From Sedimenticola sp. (GTDB lineage: Bacteria; Pseudomonadota; Gammaproteobacteria; Chromatiales; Chromatiaceae): a DNA stretch of 64,000 bases. The position numbers and the translations under genes were made by a program. How positions within the stretch are numbered: position 1 is the stretch's first letter; each line of letters opens with the position of its first letter. The notes under the pieces are model-generated. The model ran no database searches. It was not told the DNA's origin and saw only the letters and a list, made by a program, of their open reading frames with translations. Positions 49,457 through 59,613 of this stretch are shown one piece after another. The stretch is taken from contig JBEVXU010000001.1 of the NCBI GenBank assembly GCA_040505895.1, positions 124,834 through 188,833 on the forward strand, written 5' to 3'.

Positions 49457-50818
49457 TCACACCCACTTCATTAAGAAGGATCTAGGATCGAGGGAACTGA
49501 GAAACTGCTCCCATTCATACTCGTGTTTTTGCAGTAATAATATTTGCTTCCTCATCGCTTCGTCGTGATCCATACCGAGTAACCGCGCTAACTGAAGAGC
49601 ATGCAATTCTAAACTCGATTTTTCAGATGGACGCCTGTGGATTTTAGCCATATCTTTAAGATGAGCCATTCCTGCAACAGCATATTTTCTATGCGCTTTA
49701 TAATCGTGCATAGCATCTCTATTCTTTGCCGCGCCCTCCTCAAATTTCTCAGCATTCAGATCATGCCAGAGATAAGTATCAACTTGTTCAGTTAGTCCCG
49801 CAGCATGAACACTCATTCTCCTCAGAAAACAGGCGGCACATATCCCACATTGCCGACGCTTGCCTTCCACAGAGGTTTGACGGGCCCCACGCCAACAGGA
49901 GCGAGTCTTCTGCCAATCAGTTTTGTCGTGTGTAAGGGCCACATATTTCTCTAAAGTTTCACCTTTTGTATTCCATAATCTCGGGAAGCTGAAGTGGATA
50001 CTCTTTTCAAAAAGCGCACTAAATAATCGTTCCATTTGACTAAAAAACACTGGGTGATTTCTATAATCTATGGATGCATGGCTAACAGGCACTAATGCTG
50101 GCCCTAGGGCTCCTTGTCCACTTTCAGTAACTATCACTCTTTCAGCCCCAGACAAATACGATGCGGCTCCACTTAAAACAGCAAACTTAAATCCCCTAGA
50201 CCTCCCACTAGATTCTTTAGAGTCTCCGCGCTGATAAACCTTATACGGTACAGCGACAAAAGGTTTATTTTTACTATCTTCCCTCGAACCCAAACGCACC
50301 CGTACGAGTTTGTCACCATATTGATGTGAAGATATTCCTGATACTGACAAAGAGTCCAACCCGTCACTATAAGCCAGAATCGCTTCTGTATACCCTTCCA
50401 GCTCCAACACCACTTGAGCTGGCCATTCAAACTCAAAGCTTCTTTCCCGAAAGTCTATATTCCACTTATCACCTGTCAGCTTATTGAGAGCTGAGATCAG
50501 TGGCTCGCAAACCTCCTTTGACCCCCAGTGCCTGGGTGAATCCACTGGCACAGATATTGTGAACTCCCTTCCCCACCCCTTTGAGGGACGAGCATGGCAA
50601 TAATCACAATATTCGACAGCCGCTGCGATAGTGAAAGCATCGTATATCAAGGGCTCCCTATTCTTAAAAAAATAGCTCGCAAGTGCATCCGGCTGGAATA
50701 TTAAATTCTGGTCTATAACACAAGGAGACCAACCCTCAGGAGTGGCATCTCCAAAATTATGAACATGTACTTTCTTGTGAGGCAGTTTGAGAGGCTTAAT
50801 GCGTCTAGTTGACTTCAT
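49457..50818 (-). CDS. QueC-like PP-loop ATPase with an N-terminal extension of about 140 aa (gene 2)
   Basis: PP-loop variant AILAYSDGLDSLS. SRGFKFAVLSGAASYLSGAERVIV. Zn-Cys cluster TRSCW...QCGICAACFLRR, colinear with the QueC SCY...CGxCxxCxLR. There are no queuosine-pathway neighbours. Confidence 0.7.
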   Translation of the reverse strand: MKSTRRIKPLKLPHKKVHVHNFGDATPEGWSPCVIDQNLIFQPDALASYFFKNREPLIYDAFTIAAAVEYCDYCHARPSKGWGREFTISVPVDSPRHWGSKEVCEPLISALNKLTGDKWNIDFRERSFEFEWPAQVVLELEGYTEAILAYSDGLDSLSVSGISSHQYGDKLVRVRLGSREDSKNKPFVAVPYKVYQRGDSKESSGRSRGFKFAVLSGAASYLSGAERVIVTESGQGALGPALVPVSHASIDYRNHPVFFSQMERLFSALFEKSIHFSFPRLWNTKGETLEKYVALTHDKTDWQKTRSCWRGARQTSVEGKRRQCGICAACFLRRMSVHAAGLTEQVDTYLWHDLNAEKFEEGAAKNRDAMHDYKAHRKYAVAGMAHLKDMAKIHRRPSEKSSLELHALQLARLLGMDHDEAMRKQILLLQKHEYEWEQFLSSLDPRSFLMKWV

Positions 50819-51378
50819 AATCCCGGACCTACATCTAAGTCTGTCTGTTTAGTTCGCTTCGTTTTCCAACCTGATCTTTTTGGGTCTATCAGTTCTCTAG
50901 CAATCTGGAGAAATGGTATTGTGTTGATTAACTTCTGCAATTTTTCAGACATATGCTGTGACCTTTCGACTTTAGACTCTCTTATATAATGCTCCTCGAT
51001 ACTTCTGGCGTTTCGATTCGTACGTTCCTCAAGAGCCCTAGCGCACCCCAACTCTATGGTTCTCTCATTCAAAGAGCCGCCCTCAACGCTAGCCATGTCT
51101 ATATAGTCAACGCACCTATCAGCTAAATCATTTCCGGCTACGTGCCCCCGGATTGAGTCAATATCGATATCAGGGAATAACTGACCCTGCTCACCAATTA
51201 GCGCATCCCGCAAATGGCCAACTACTTCATAGCCATGCTCTTGCTGAAAATCAGCCGCAAGCGCATCTGAAAGGGCGGCCGAACACTCAGCCAAAGATGA
51301 CGCCTCATTGTCACAGGCCTCCGCCATTTTCTTCCATCGTCGTCGCAAATTTAAGCTGAAATGTGGGCCATCACTCAT
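50815..51378 (-). CDS. Hypothetical 187-aa protein with no recognisable domain (gene 1)
   Basis: The start MSDGPHFSL was chosen because GGAGG lies 7 nt upstream. 4-nt ATGA overlap with the QueC-like gene. Confidence 0.55.
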   Translation of the reverse strand: MSDGPHFSLNLRRRWKKMAEACDNEASSLAECSAALSDALAADFQQEHGYEVVGHLRDALIGEQGQLFPDIDIDSIRGHVAGNDLADRCVDYIDMASVEGGSLNERTIELGCARALEERTNRNARSIEEHYIRESKVERSQHMSEKLQKLINTIPFLQIARELIDPKRSGWKTKRTKQTDLDVGPGL

Positions 51379-51417
51379 AAGCAAACCTCCAATGTTATAT
51401 AGCCAGCCCCTAAATCC

Positions 51418-51459
51418 TGACATTGTCACTATAATTACATCACATACCTGACATTGTCA
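51418..51459. promoter_or_regulatory. Two identical palindromes (C)CTGACATTGTCA, 31 bp apart centre to centre. Candidate operators/promoter of the island operon.
   Basis: TGACA-T-TGTCA occurs at 51418-51428 and at 51449-51459, 40-80 bp upstream of the gene 1 start. The distal copy reads TTGACA on the coding (minus) strand. Confidence 0.5.
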
Positions 51460-51855
51460 AATGGTCGCTTAATGCCTTCGATTCAGAGGAGAGTAGTAAA
51501 AAATCTAAAAGACCTGCTATTGAGGTGAATATTCAAGCAAGCCCTCAGAGGATGAGGGGGAAATCTTATATCGGCCGATAAGTCGCACAAACATGAGGGT
51601 TACAACAAGCAAAAGTTTTGAATCGATGGGGTCAGACTCGATTGATTTAACCGGTACCATCACCCTTTTGTTTCTATTTTTTAAGGCATGGTACAAGTGA
51701 ACAACTGGGGGGGGCAGCCCACATTGGGATCAAATATGATATTTGGGGTCAGAGTAAAAACTATTGGAGCATTAGCAGCATTCTCTACCCTAACCCAAAA
51801 TATCATTCTTTAAGAAACAGTACGATATATATCCAATCTAGCCAGTAGCAGGATA

Positions 51856-52359
51856 TCAATCAGTACCCATCATCTTTTTGTACTTTTGACAGGCTACTTT
51901 TCTTGCTGCTTCATCCTTTGCACTTCCTGTTTCTCCTGCTTGAAGTGTAAGCAATGAACACTTCTGTCTTGCATCTCCAATTATCATTGACTCGCTGGAA
52001 GGACGAGTGATGGTCGCGTAGGTAGGTGTGAATGAAGCCGCAGCATTGCAGTACATGTTTTTGAGTTTTTTATACTTCCAGTGAGTCTTCTTATGTCCAT
52101 TAAGATATGAGCATGTCTCACTGAAAAGATCTTTGGCTGCTATTGTGCAATCAGAGAAGTGTTGGATATTGTTTTTCTTCGCAGCACATACTGAAGGTTT
52201 TCTGATCTGCCATATCTGATACTGATAATCGATAGTGGTACCTCTGTATTCAACCACCTCTGCTTCAATTTCAGTACCAATAATCTCACTAATTCCCGAG
52301 TCGATAGGATTCACGAGAGCCTGCACAAATGCAGAAAATATCACTGCTGATACATCCAT
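51856..52359 (-). CDS. Hypothetical Cys-containing protein
   Basis: 167-aa ORF in the AT-rich island with six Cys. I recognise no domain. Confidence 0.4.
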   Translation of the reverse strand: MDVSAVIFSAFVQALVNPIDSGISEIIGTEIEAEVVEYRGTTIDYQYQIWQIRKPSVCAAKKNNIQHFSDCTIAAKDLFSETCSYLNGHKKTHWKYKKLKNMYCNAAASFTPTYATITRPSSESMIIGDARQKCSLLTLQAGETGSAKDEAARKVACQKYKKMMGTD

Positions 52360-52580
52360 GTCTTTTGGTCTCTCTTATATTTTCTGTGAGCATGCATGTT
52401 GCCGTGAATGACAGTCGCAAAACATCCTGAGCAATGCAGCGGTTCATTTCAATCTCCCTTAAAGATAATATTTCCTAATTATTTATGCAAACCAGTAGCC
52501 GCAAATACCGATACCATAACGATAGGGGCAGCCCTTAAATCAATACCTCTCTACGTGCTGGTCATTAAAGGAAATCAACA

Positions 52581-52718
52581 GGATCAGACTCGAATGGTAC
52601 TGGATTAAAGGGCTTTATCATGTGCCAGGCCAAAGACTTAGCCCTTATCATAAGCGGAATATGGAGGAGCTCATTCAATATTAAAAGAGCTTAACTTAGT
52701 GCCATTCTGGTCTGCTCC
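52581..52718. mobile_element. MITE-like element, family 4, copy 2 (same orientation as copy 1)
   Basis: GGATCAGACTCGAATGGTACTGGATTAAAG ... CTTAACTTAGTGCCATTCTGGTCTGCTCC. It shares the internal GCCCTTAT(T/C)(C/A)TAAGCGGAAT. Confidence 0.75.
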
Positions 52719-52954
52719 CTATTATTCCATTATCGATTCAGAAAACTTTTTTCAATCAAAATCTCATGACTAGACTGTGATCAATCCTCCATGCGTTCGG
52801 TCATGATATAAACAGGCTGATTGTGGGTTATCTAGAGAATAGCCCCCTACTGTTGCTGTTTCCTGGTTCAGGAGCTTAAGCAAGAGACACCCATGATTAG
52901 AAAGGGGAGTATCTCTGCCCTTCATCTCGCCAATTATTAACTACGGAGTAACAC

Positions 52955-53464
52955 ATGAAGCATCACGTTTTTGCCTTGGTGATTAGCGCTACCGCGCTAG
53001 GTATCTCCATTCCGGCTATGGCTAGCAATACAATTCTGTGCCCCGATATCGCCAAAGCCAAACAGGTTGCAGAGTGCCCAGCAGAGGAAGAACTGGACCG
53101 TATGTTTACGGTCAGCTGCGGATTCGAACGGGACCCAGAGGCAAAAAAACCGGAGTTGTGTGATTCCTACGCGGAGTTTAAGCGTCGCAAGCACACAGCG
53201 CTATGGGAGTCCTCCGACGGTGAATTCATGGGTTACGTCACATGCGCCACCCCTTCTGCGGAAATAAAGATGGCTAAGCCGTCGAGTGTAGCCGTCTCCC
53301 AAAAAAATGGGCTGCATAAGATTTCATGCAACTACCAGGGAGCTATTAAATTTACTATGCGCACCCGTGACACATGCAAAGTTCTCGCTGTTAATAATGC
53401 AAATATCGCTATGCAAGGTGATTGCAGTTCTGATGCATCAAACTGCAAGGTAGAGTGTGACTGA
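52955..53464 (+). CDS. Secreted cysteine-rich protein (hypothetical)
   Basis: Signal peptide MKHHVFALVISATALGISIPAMA, then ten Cys in the mature part. Confidence 0.55.
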   Translation: MKHHVFALVISATALGISIPAMASNTILCPDIAKAKQVAECPAEEELDRMFTVSCGFERDPEAKKPELCDSYAEFKRRKHTALWESSDGEFMGYVTCATPSAEIKMAKPSSVAVSQKNGLHKISCNYQGAIKFTMRTRDTCKVLAVNNANIAMQGDCSSDASNCKVECD

Positions 53465-53486
53465 TTAGTTGTACTCAGCTACTGAT

Positions 53487-53819
53487 TCAGGAGGGTGTGA
53501 ATAATAGAGGCAAGGCTAGGATCAGTGCCGTATAGCAGCCCTTGTCCGATAGTTCGACCTGAGCCTTCTTCTCCAGCAGCAGCTTAACCACCGCTTCGTG
53601 ACCGTTGAGTGATGCCTTCATCAGCGGCGTCCACTGGCAGAAATCACGGCTGTTGACGCCCGACTGCAGGGAGAGCAGGCGATCGACCTGAGACAGATCA
53701 CCCACTTCGGCCGCCGCCACGATGGCGGGCACCGGCTCTGCCGTCGGCGGCTCGGTCCAACGTAGCGCCAGCATGGCCGTCAATGGAGGAATAAGAAGAA
53801 CGAACAGGTGCTGTTTCAT
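53487..53819 (-). CDS. Ankyrin-repeat protein, probably 3'-truncated
   Basis: N-terminal signal-like segment, then about 1.5 ANK repeats (WTPLMKASLNGHEAVVKLLLEKKAQVELSDKGCYTAL). The repeat pattern breaks off just before the stop. Confidence 0.55.
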   Translation of the reverse strand: MKQHLFVLLIPPLTAMLALRWTEPPTAEPVPAIVAAAEVGDLSQVDRLLSLQSGVNSRDFCQWTPLMKASLNGHEAVVKLLLEKKAQVELSDKGCYTALILALPLLFTPS

Positions 53820-54230
53820 GGCACCATTTAACTACGGCATGTGAGACGGGGCATTGATGATTGTCTACAGCCCTACCTTGATATTCAGCAGCAATTTAGT
53901 CTCGTACTCAGTAGGGACGAAGCGATTTATCAAAATCAACTTTCCCATTTTTCATACCCTGTGCTGTTAAACTTTGCCTATTCTCTTCCCTTGCCGAAAC
54001 TCCGCTTGATAAAAAACAGGTCACAGCAAAGCGTTTTACCCTGCTAAACAACCTAGATAAGCGGTCGCTGACTGATAAAATGATACTGAGTTTGTTCATC
54101 ATATCTCCCACCGTTATTCCCTTCACTAAAGAGTCATCATCTAGTGGATAGGCATACCTGTACATGGTTAAAAATATTGACAAACAAGGAGCCCTATCAT
54201 CTCCGGTTGATTAACCTATTACAGATACCA

Positions 54231-54635
54231 CTAGCGCAGCACATGCACCGAGCAGGATGCATAACGAACGATCCGCGCCGCTGTCGAGCCAAGGAAAAAA
54301 TCACGCAATCCGGGCTTATGCGATCCGACTACAATGCAGTCAGCATCTACCTCCGCCGCGTAGTCGGTAATTGCCCGCCCCGCATGACCGGAAATCACAA
54401 CGGCTTCAATATCCTTCTGATCACCGATCCGTTCTGCAATGACCTCTTTTGAGGATTTCAGGATTTTCTCACCATACTCCGATGGCACATATGAACTGAC
54501 GGAACTGTTAACCGGCTCAAACACGTGAACCGCAATGATGTGACCGCCTTCCGCCCTTAGCTTTCTGGCAAGTTCCAATGCCCTTGGACCGTAGCCATGG
54601 TCCAATGCTAACGACACAATTATCTTGTTGTACAT
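54231..54635 (-). CDS. Universal stress protein family
   Basis: MYNKIIVSLALDHG...IVVGSHKPGLRDFFLGSTAARIVRYASCSVHVLR. Confidence 0.85.
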   Translation of the reverse strand: MYNKIIVSLALDHGYGPRALELARKLRAEGGHIIAVHVFEPVNSSVSSYVPSEYGEKILKSSKEVIAERIGDQKDIEAVVISGHAGRAITDYAAEVDADCIVVGSHKPGLRDFFLGSTAARIVRYASCSVHVLR

Positions 54636-54703
54636 TTCCTATCCTCTGACTGATCAGGTTTCCGGATGGCGCCGATGAATAACACTATCCGGAAACCATT
54701 TGA

Positions 54704-55879
54704 CTATGCGCTCTCGTAGAGACGGGTCAGTACAAACTCGTTGTGACCCAGCGCCTCGGCTGCAGTATTCCGGCCATTGGCGGTACGTAACGTCATATCA
54801 AGCAAGGCATCACCTGCCTCATCCGGTGACATTTCACGACTGAGCAGACCCGAGACATCCACATCGACATGCTCGGACATGGTCCTCACTGTTCTTGGGT
54901 TAGCACAGATCTTGATCACCGGCACAATCGGATTACCGATGATGTTGCCCTGACCGGTGGGAAACAGATGGACCGCATAGCCCGCTGCACCACACAGCGT
55001 TACCATCTCGGCAGCGGCCGATGAGGAGTCCATAAACCAAAGACCTGAGCCAGTCGGCTCCTCGGCCTTATCCAGTACACCGTCAACGAGGCACTTTTTG
55101 CCGATCTTCTGGATGTTACCCAGGGCCTTCTCTTCAATGGTGGTCAAACCACCTGCGATATTGCCCTTGGTGGGCTGGGAGTCTGACAGGTCACTGGTCT
55201 TATGACGCTCGATCATCTCCTGGTAGCGATTGAACATGTCCATAAACTCACCGCGGACCTTGTCATCCTTGCAGCGCGCGGCTACCAAATGCTCACCACC
55301 GGTAATCTCGGAGGTTTCACCGAACAGCAGGGTGTTGCCCTGGGCATAGAGTTTATCGAAGGCGTTACCCACGGTGGGGTTGGATCCACAACCAGAAGTG
55401 GTATCAGACTCACCGCATTTGGTGGAGACCCACAACTCGCTAATCGGTGTCTCTTCGCGTTGTAGCTCAGTGGCCCAGTGGACATACTCCTTGGCGGCCT
55501 TGGAGGCGCGCATGATGGTGTCGTGGTCACCATGCTGTTCAATACCAAAGCCCACTACCGGTTTACCGGTCTTGGCGATTCCGTCGACCACCTTCTGAGT
55601 CCAGCCATCCTCAATACCGATAACGACGACTGCCGCAACATTAGGATTGGCGCCAGTCCCGATCAGGGTACGGAAGTGCAGATCCAGGTCGGCACCAAAC
55701 TGCAGGCGGCCATAGGGATGCGGCAGAGCCATTGAACCCTTGATATTGTTGGCAACCGCTTCGGCAGCGGCGTTGGAAATGTCATCGATCGGCAGGATGA
55801 TGACATGGTTGCGGACACCGACACGCCCGTTTTCACGTCGGTAGCCCAGGAAGGTTGCGTTGTTTAAATCAAGTGACAT
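54704..55879 (-). CDS. UxaA-family dehydratase/lyase large subunit (SuyB-like)
   Basis: 391 aa, colinear with the C-terminal two thirds of altronate dehydratase-type enzymes. It is paired with a separate SAF subunit. Confidence 0.75.
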   Translation of the reverse strand: MSLDLNNATFLGYRRENGRVGVRNHVIILPIDDISNAAAEAVANNIKGSMALPHPYGRLQFGADLDLHFRTLIGTGANPNVAAVVVIGIEDGWTQKVVDGIAKTGKPVVGFGIEQHGDHDTIMRASKAAKEYVHWATELQREETPISELWVSTKCGESDTTSGCGSNPTVGNAFDKLYAQGNTLLFGETSEITGGEHLVAARCKDDKVRGEFMDMFNRYQEMIERHKTSDLSDSQPTKGNIAGGLTTIEEKALGNIQKIGKKCLVDGVLDKAEEPTGSGLWFMDSSSAAAEMVTLCGAAGYAVHLFPTGQGNIIGNPIVPVIKICANPRTVRTMSEHVDVDVSGLLSREMSPDEAGDALLDMTLRTANGRNTAAEALGHNEFVLTRLYESA

Positions 55880-55921
55880 AAGTAGTTCTCCAAAATAGGT
55901 TAGATGTGGTTAACAGTCGGC

Positions 55922-56203
55922 TTACCAGCGCTTGGTCTTGATGTTATGGACGTGGGCATGCTCACCGGTACCGATGTCTGCAACCACACGACCGATATCA
56001 ACGCCGTACTTGATCACTGTGTCACCATCAGCCAACGGGCGGATGGCTAGTTTATGGCCGATGGGAATATCACTGGCCGCCTGAAAGGTGATCTCTTTAT
56101 CCTGATCCATCACCCAACCGGACATCTCATCGCCGGCCTTAACACCTTCAACCACCACGACACCTACTGAGTCGTTTTCATCATGAACCACAAAATCAAT
56201 CAT
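55922..56203 (-). CDS. UxaA-family SAF-domain small subunit (SuyA-like)
   Basis: 93 aa, with DSVGVVVVEGVKAGDEM...IPIGHKLAIRPLADGDTVIKYG (SAF domain). Confidence 0.75.
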   Translation of the reverse strand: MIDFVVHDENDSVGVVVVEGVKAGDEMSGWVMDQDKEITFQAASDIPIGHKLAIRPLADGDTVIKYGVDIGRVVADIGTGEHAHVHNIKTKRW

Positions 56204-56233
56204 CTGTTTTCTCCAAATTCATACTGTTAATTT

Positions 56234-57232
56234 CTAATTAGGGGTCAGCACAATCTTTGCCGCCGGAGTCTGCCCTTTTGACAGATCGGCAAAGGCACTG
56301 GCTCCCTCACTAAGTGGGCGCTGCTCAAACCAGTCCAACGGCCCGAGCGCACCTGAATAGAGGGCCTTTACCGTGGCCCTGACATCAACCATCGTGTAGG
56401 TGTAGCACCCGATAAAGGTCACCTCCTGAAGGGTTAATTTACGGATATCCAGACCGCCTTCGTTATCCATCAGGCCGATATGGACAATAGTGCCTCCCGG
56501 TTTTACCGCTCGGGAAGCAGCTTGACGGGTGGCAGCACCACCCACCGCATCGATAACAATGTCCCAGCTGTCCGCTTCCGGCTCTGGACCATTGATCGGG
56601 TCATACACATCACAAACCTGGGTTGCTTCCACGGTACCGCGACGTAACGCATTGGTTTCTCCAAGCCGTATGTTGCGACAGCCATGACTATGAAGTATCA
56701 ACGCCACGGCAATGCCGATGGCACCTCCCCCCAGCACCAGTACCCGTGAATCAGCAAGAGGTCGACGTGACACACGCTCAGCCTCAACAACAGCGTGCAT
56801 ACCGGTAGCTACAGGCTCGGTAAGCGCCGCATGGAGATAGCTCATGTCATCGGGGATCGCTATCAAGTTTCGCTCGGGTATCTTCAGCAGTTCGGAAAAG
56901 GCGCCCTGTCGTGGCTGCATGCTGATGATCTGACGCTGACGACAGAGGTTGGAACGACCACTCAGGCAATCATCACAGTGCCCACAGGTCACCAGCGGGT
57001 TAATCACAACCCGTTGTCCCTGCCGATCACCGCTGACCACCTCACCGCTGACCTCATGTCCCAAAATCAGCGGCGCTGGGCGTCGATCATCATGGCCAAA
57101 GTAGGCGTGCATATCCGAACCGCAGATACCACTCGCCTCTACCCGGACCAGAACCTCATCAGCCTCTGGCTGCGGATCCGCTTCATCCCGGTACTCCAGC
57201 TGTTTTGGTGCGACATATACCAGTGCTTTCAT
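56234..57232 (-). CDS. Zinc-type medium-chain alcohol/polyol dehydrogenase
   Basis: MKALVY...GICGSDMHAY...GHEVSG, the structural-Zn cluster CGHCDDCLSGRSNLC, and GGGAIG. The start has AGAGG 6 nt upstream. Confidence 0.85.
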   Translation of the reverse strand: MKALVYVAPKQLEYRDEADPQPEADEVLVRVEASGICGSDMHAYFGHDDRRPAPLILGHEVSGEVVSGDRQGQRVVINPLVTCGHCDDCLSGRSNLCRQRQIISMQPRQGAFSELLKIPERNLIAIPDDMSYLHAALTEPVATGMHAVVEAERVSRRPLADSRVLVLGGGAIGIAVALILHSHGCRNIRLGETNALRRGTVEATQVCDVYDPINGPEPEADSWDIVIDAVGGAATRQAASRAVKPGGTIVHIGLMDNEGGLDIRKLTLQEVTFIGCYTYTMVDVRATVKALYSGALGPLDWFEQRPLSEGASAFADLSKGQTPAAKIVLTPN

Positions 57233-57242
57233 AGCTGCCTCT

Positions 57243-58022
57243 CTATTTCGCTGTGAAGCCGCCATCAACGGGAATGATCTGCCCGGTGATGTAGTTGGAA
57301 GCAGCCGAGGCCAGGAACACGGTTACACCATCGAGATCTTCCAGTTCACCGTTGCGACCGATTGCGGTCATCTGTGCGTTGTGATCAAGCACCTCAGGAT
57401 TGTCATAGACCTTTTTGGTCAAGGCAGTAGGGAAGAAACCAGGAGCAATAGCATTGACCATCACACCGTCTGCCGACCAACACTCGGCCATGGCCCGGGT
57501 CAACTGGGCAATACCACCTTTTGATGCACCGTAGGGGATGCTGTTGGCAAAGGCCCTGAAGGATTGTAGGGATGCGATATTGATAATATTTCCACCACCC
57601 TTCTCTTTCATCCCCGGTAGACAGTGACGGGAAAGAAAAAAGGCCGTGGAGAGGTTGATCTCAAGAGTCAGATCCCAACTCTCATCGGTAATCTCATCAA
57701 ATGGCTGGCGTAGGTTCACACCCGCTGCATTCGTGAGAATATCTGGAGCGCCAAAATTGGATGCAGCATTCTCTACCAGATCACCCAGTGAGGAGCGATC
57801 AAGCAGATCGGCAGCAAGAGTTGCCACCCGTCCACCATCTCCCGATCTGAGCTGCTCAGCGGCACCCTCCAGACCCTCTTTATCCCGATCAACCAGAACC
57901 ACATCAGCTCCGCCCTGGGAGAGGGCCCAGGCCATCCGCCGACCAATCCCCGATGCGCCACCAGTACAGAGTGCGACGCGACCGTTCAAATCAAAAAGTT
58001 GTCTCATATTCTCTTGCATCAT
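57243..58022 (-). CDS. SDR-family oxidoreductase
   Basis: TGGASGIGRR, NAAG and YGASKGG catalytic motifs. Start M14 of the track ORF has GAGGA upstream. Confidence 0.85.
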   Translation of the reverse strand: MMQENMRQLFDLNGRVALCTGGASGIGRRMAWALSQGGADVVLVDRDKEGLEGAAEQLRSGDGGRVATLAADLLDRSSLGDLVENAASNFGAPDILTNAAGVNLRQPFDEITDESWDLTLEINLSTAFFLSRHCLPGMKEKGGGNIINIASLQSFRAFANSIPYGASKGGIAQLTRAMAECWSADGVMVNAIAPGFFPTALTKKVYDNPEVLDHNAQMTAIGRNGELEDLDGVTVFLASAASNYITGQIIPVDGGFTAK

Positions 58023-58104
58023 TCCGTCCTCACAGACCGACATGGGTGGACCAGGATCCATTCAGTAAATGGCGGAGGGCACCAGGCCCTCCACCATCAA
58101 CTCA

Positions 58105-59421
<1,317 letters not shown>

Positions 59422-59430
59422 TTAAGTTTT

Positions 59431-59448
59431 AATGTAAGCGCTTACATT
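59431..59448. promoter_or_regulatory. Perfect 18-bp palindrome AATGTAAGCGCTTACATT, a LacI-family-type operator
   Basis: It lies 22 nt upstream of the HisD-like gene start. A TTGACA occurs on the coding strand at 59474-59469. Confidence 0.6.
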
Positions 59449-59613
59449 TTTAACGCTTAATCATGTTTTGTCAAGTACATTTTCAGGGAATAAATCTACG
59501 TATTATCTTTATATTCAGGTGGTTACAGGAGCTCGCCCAGAACTCCTGCAACACCATATAGCTACGATACCGCGTTAACTTCTATACCAACTCCACAACA
59601 CTTTCTGAACCCA

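Noticed and set aside
46112-53520. Search for an integrase, recombinase or transposase that would make the island a classical integrative element
   Set aside because: None of the listed ORFs or my own reading of the gaps shows tyrosine/serine recombinase or DDE motifs. The island is reported as integrase-less.
53841-54183. Two overlapping opposite-strand ORFs (68 and 91 aa) between the ankyrin and usp genes
   Set aside because: They are mutually exclusive, lie in AT-rich DNA and have no motifs. They are probably non-coding junction DNA.
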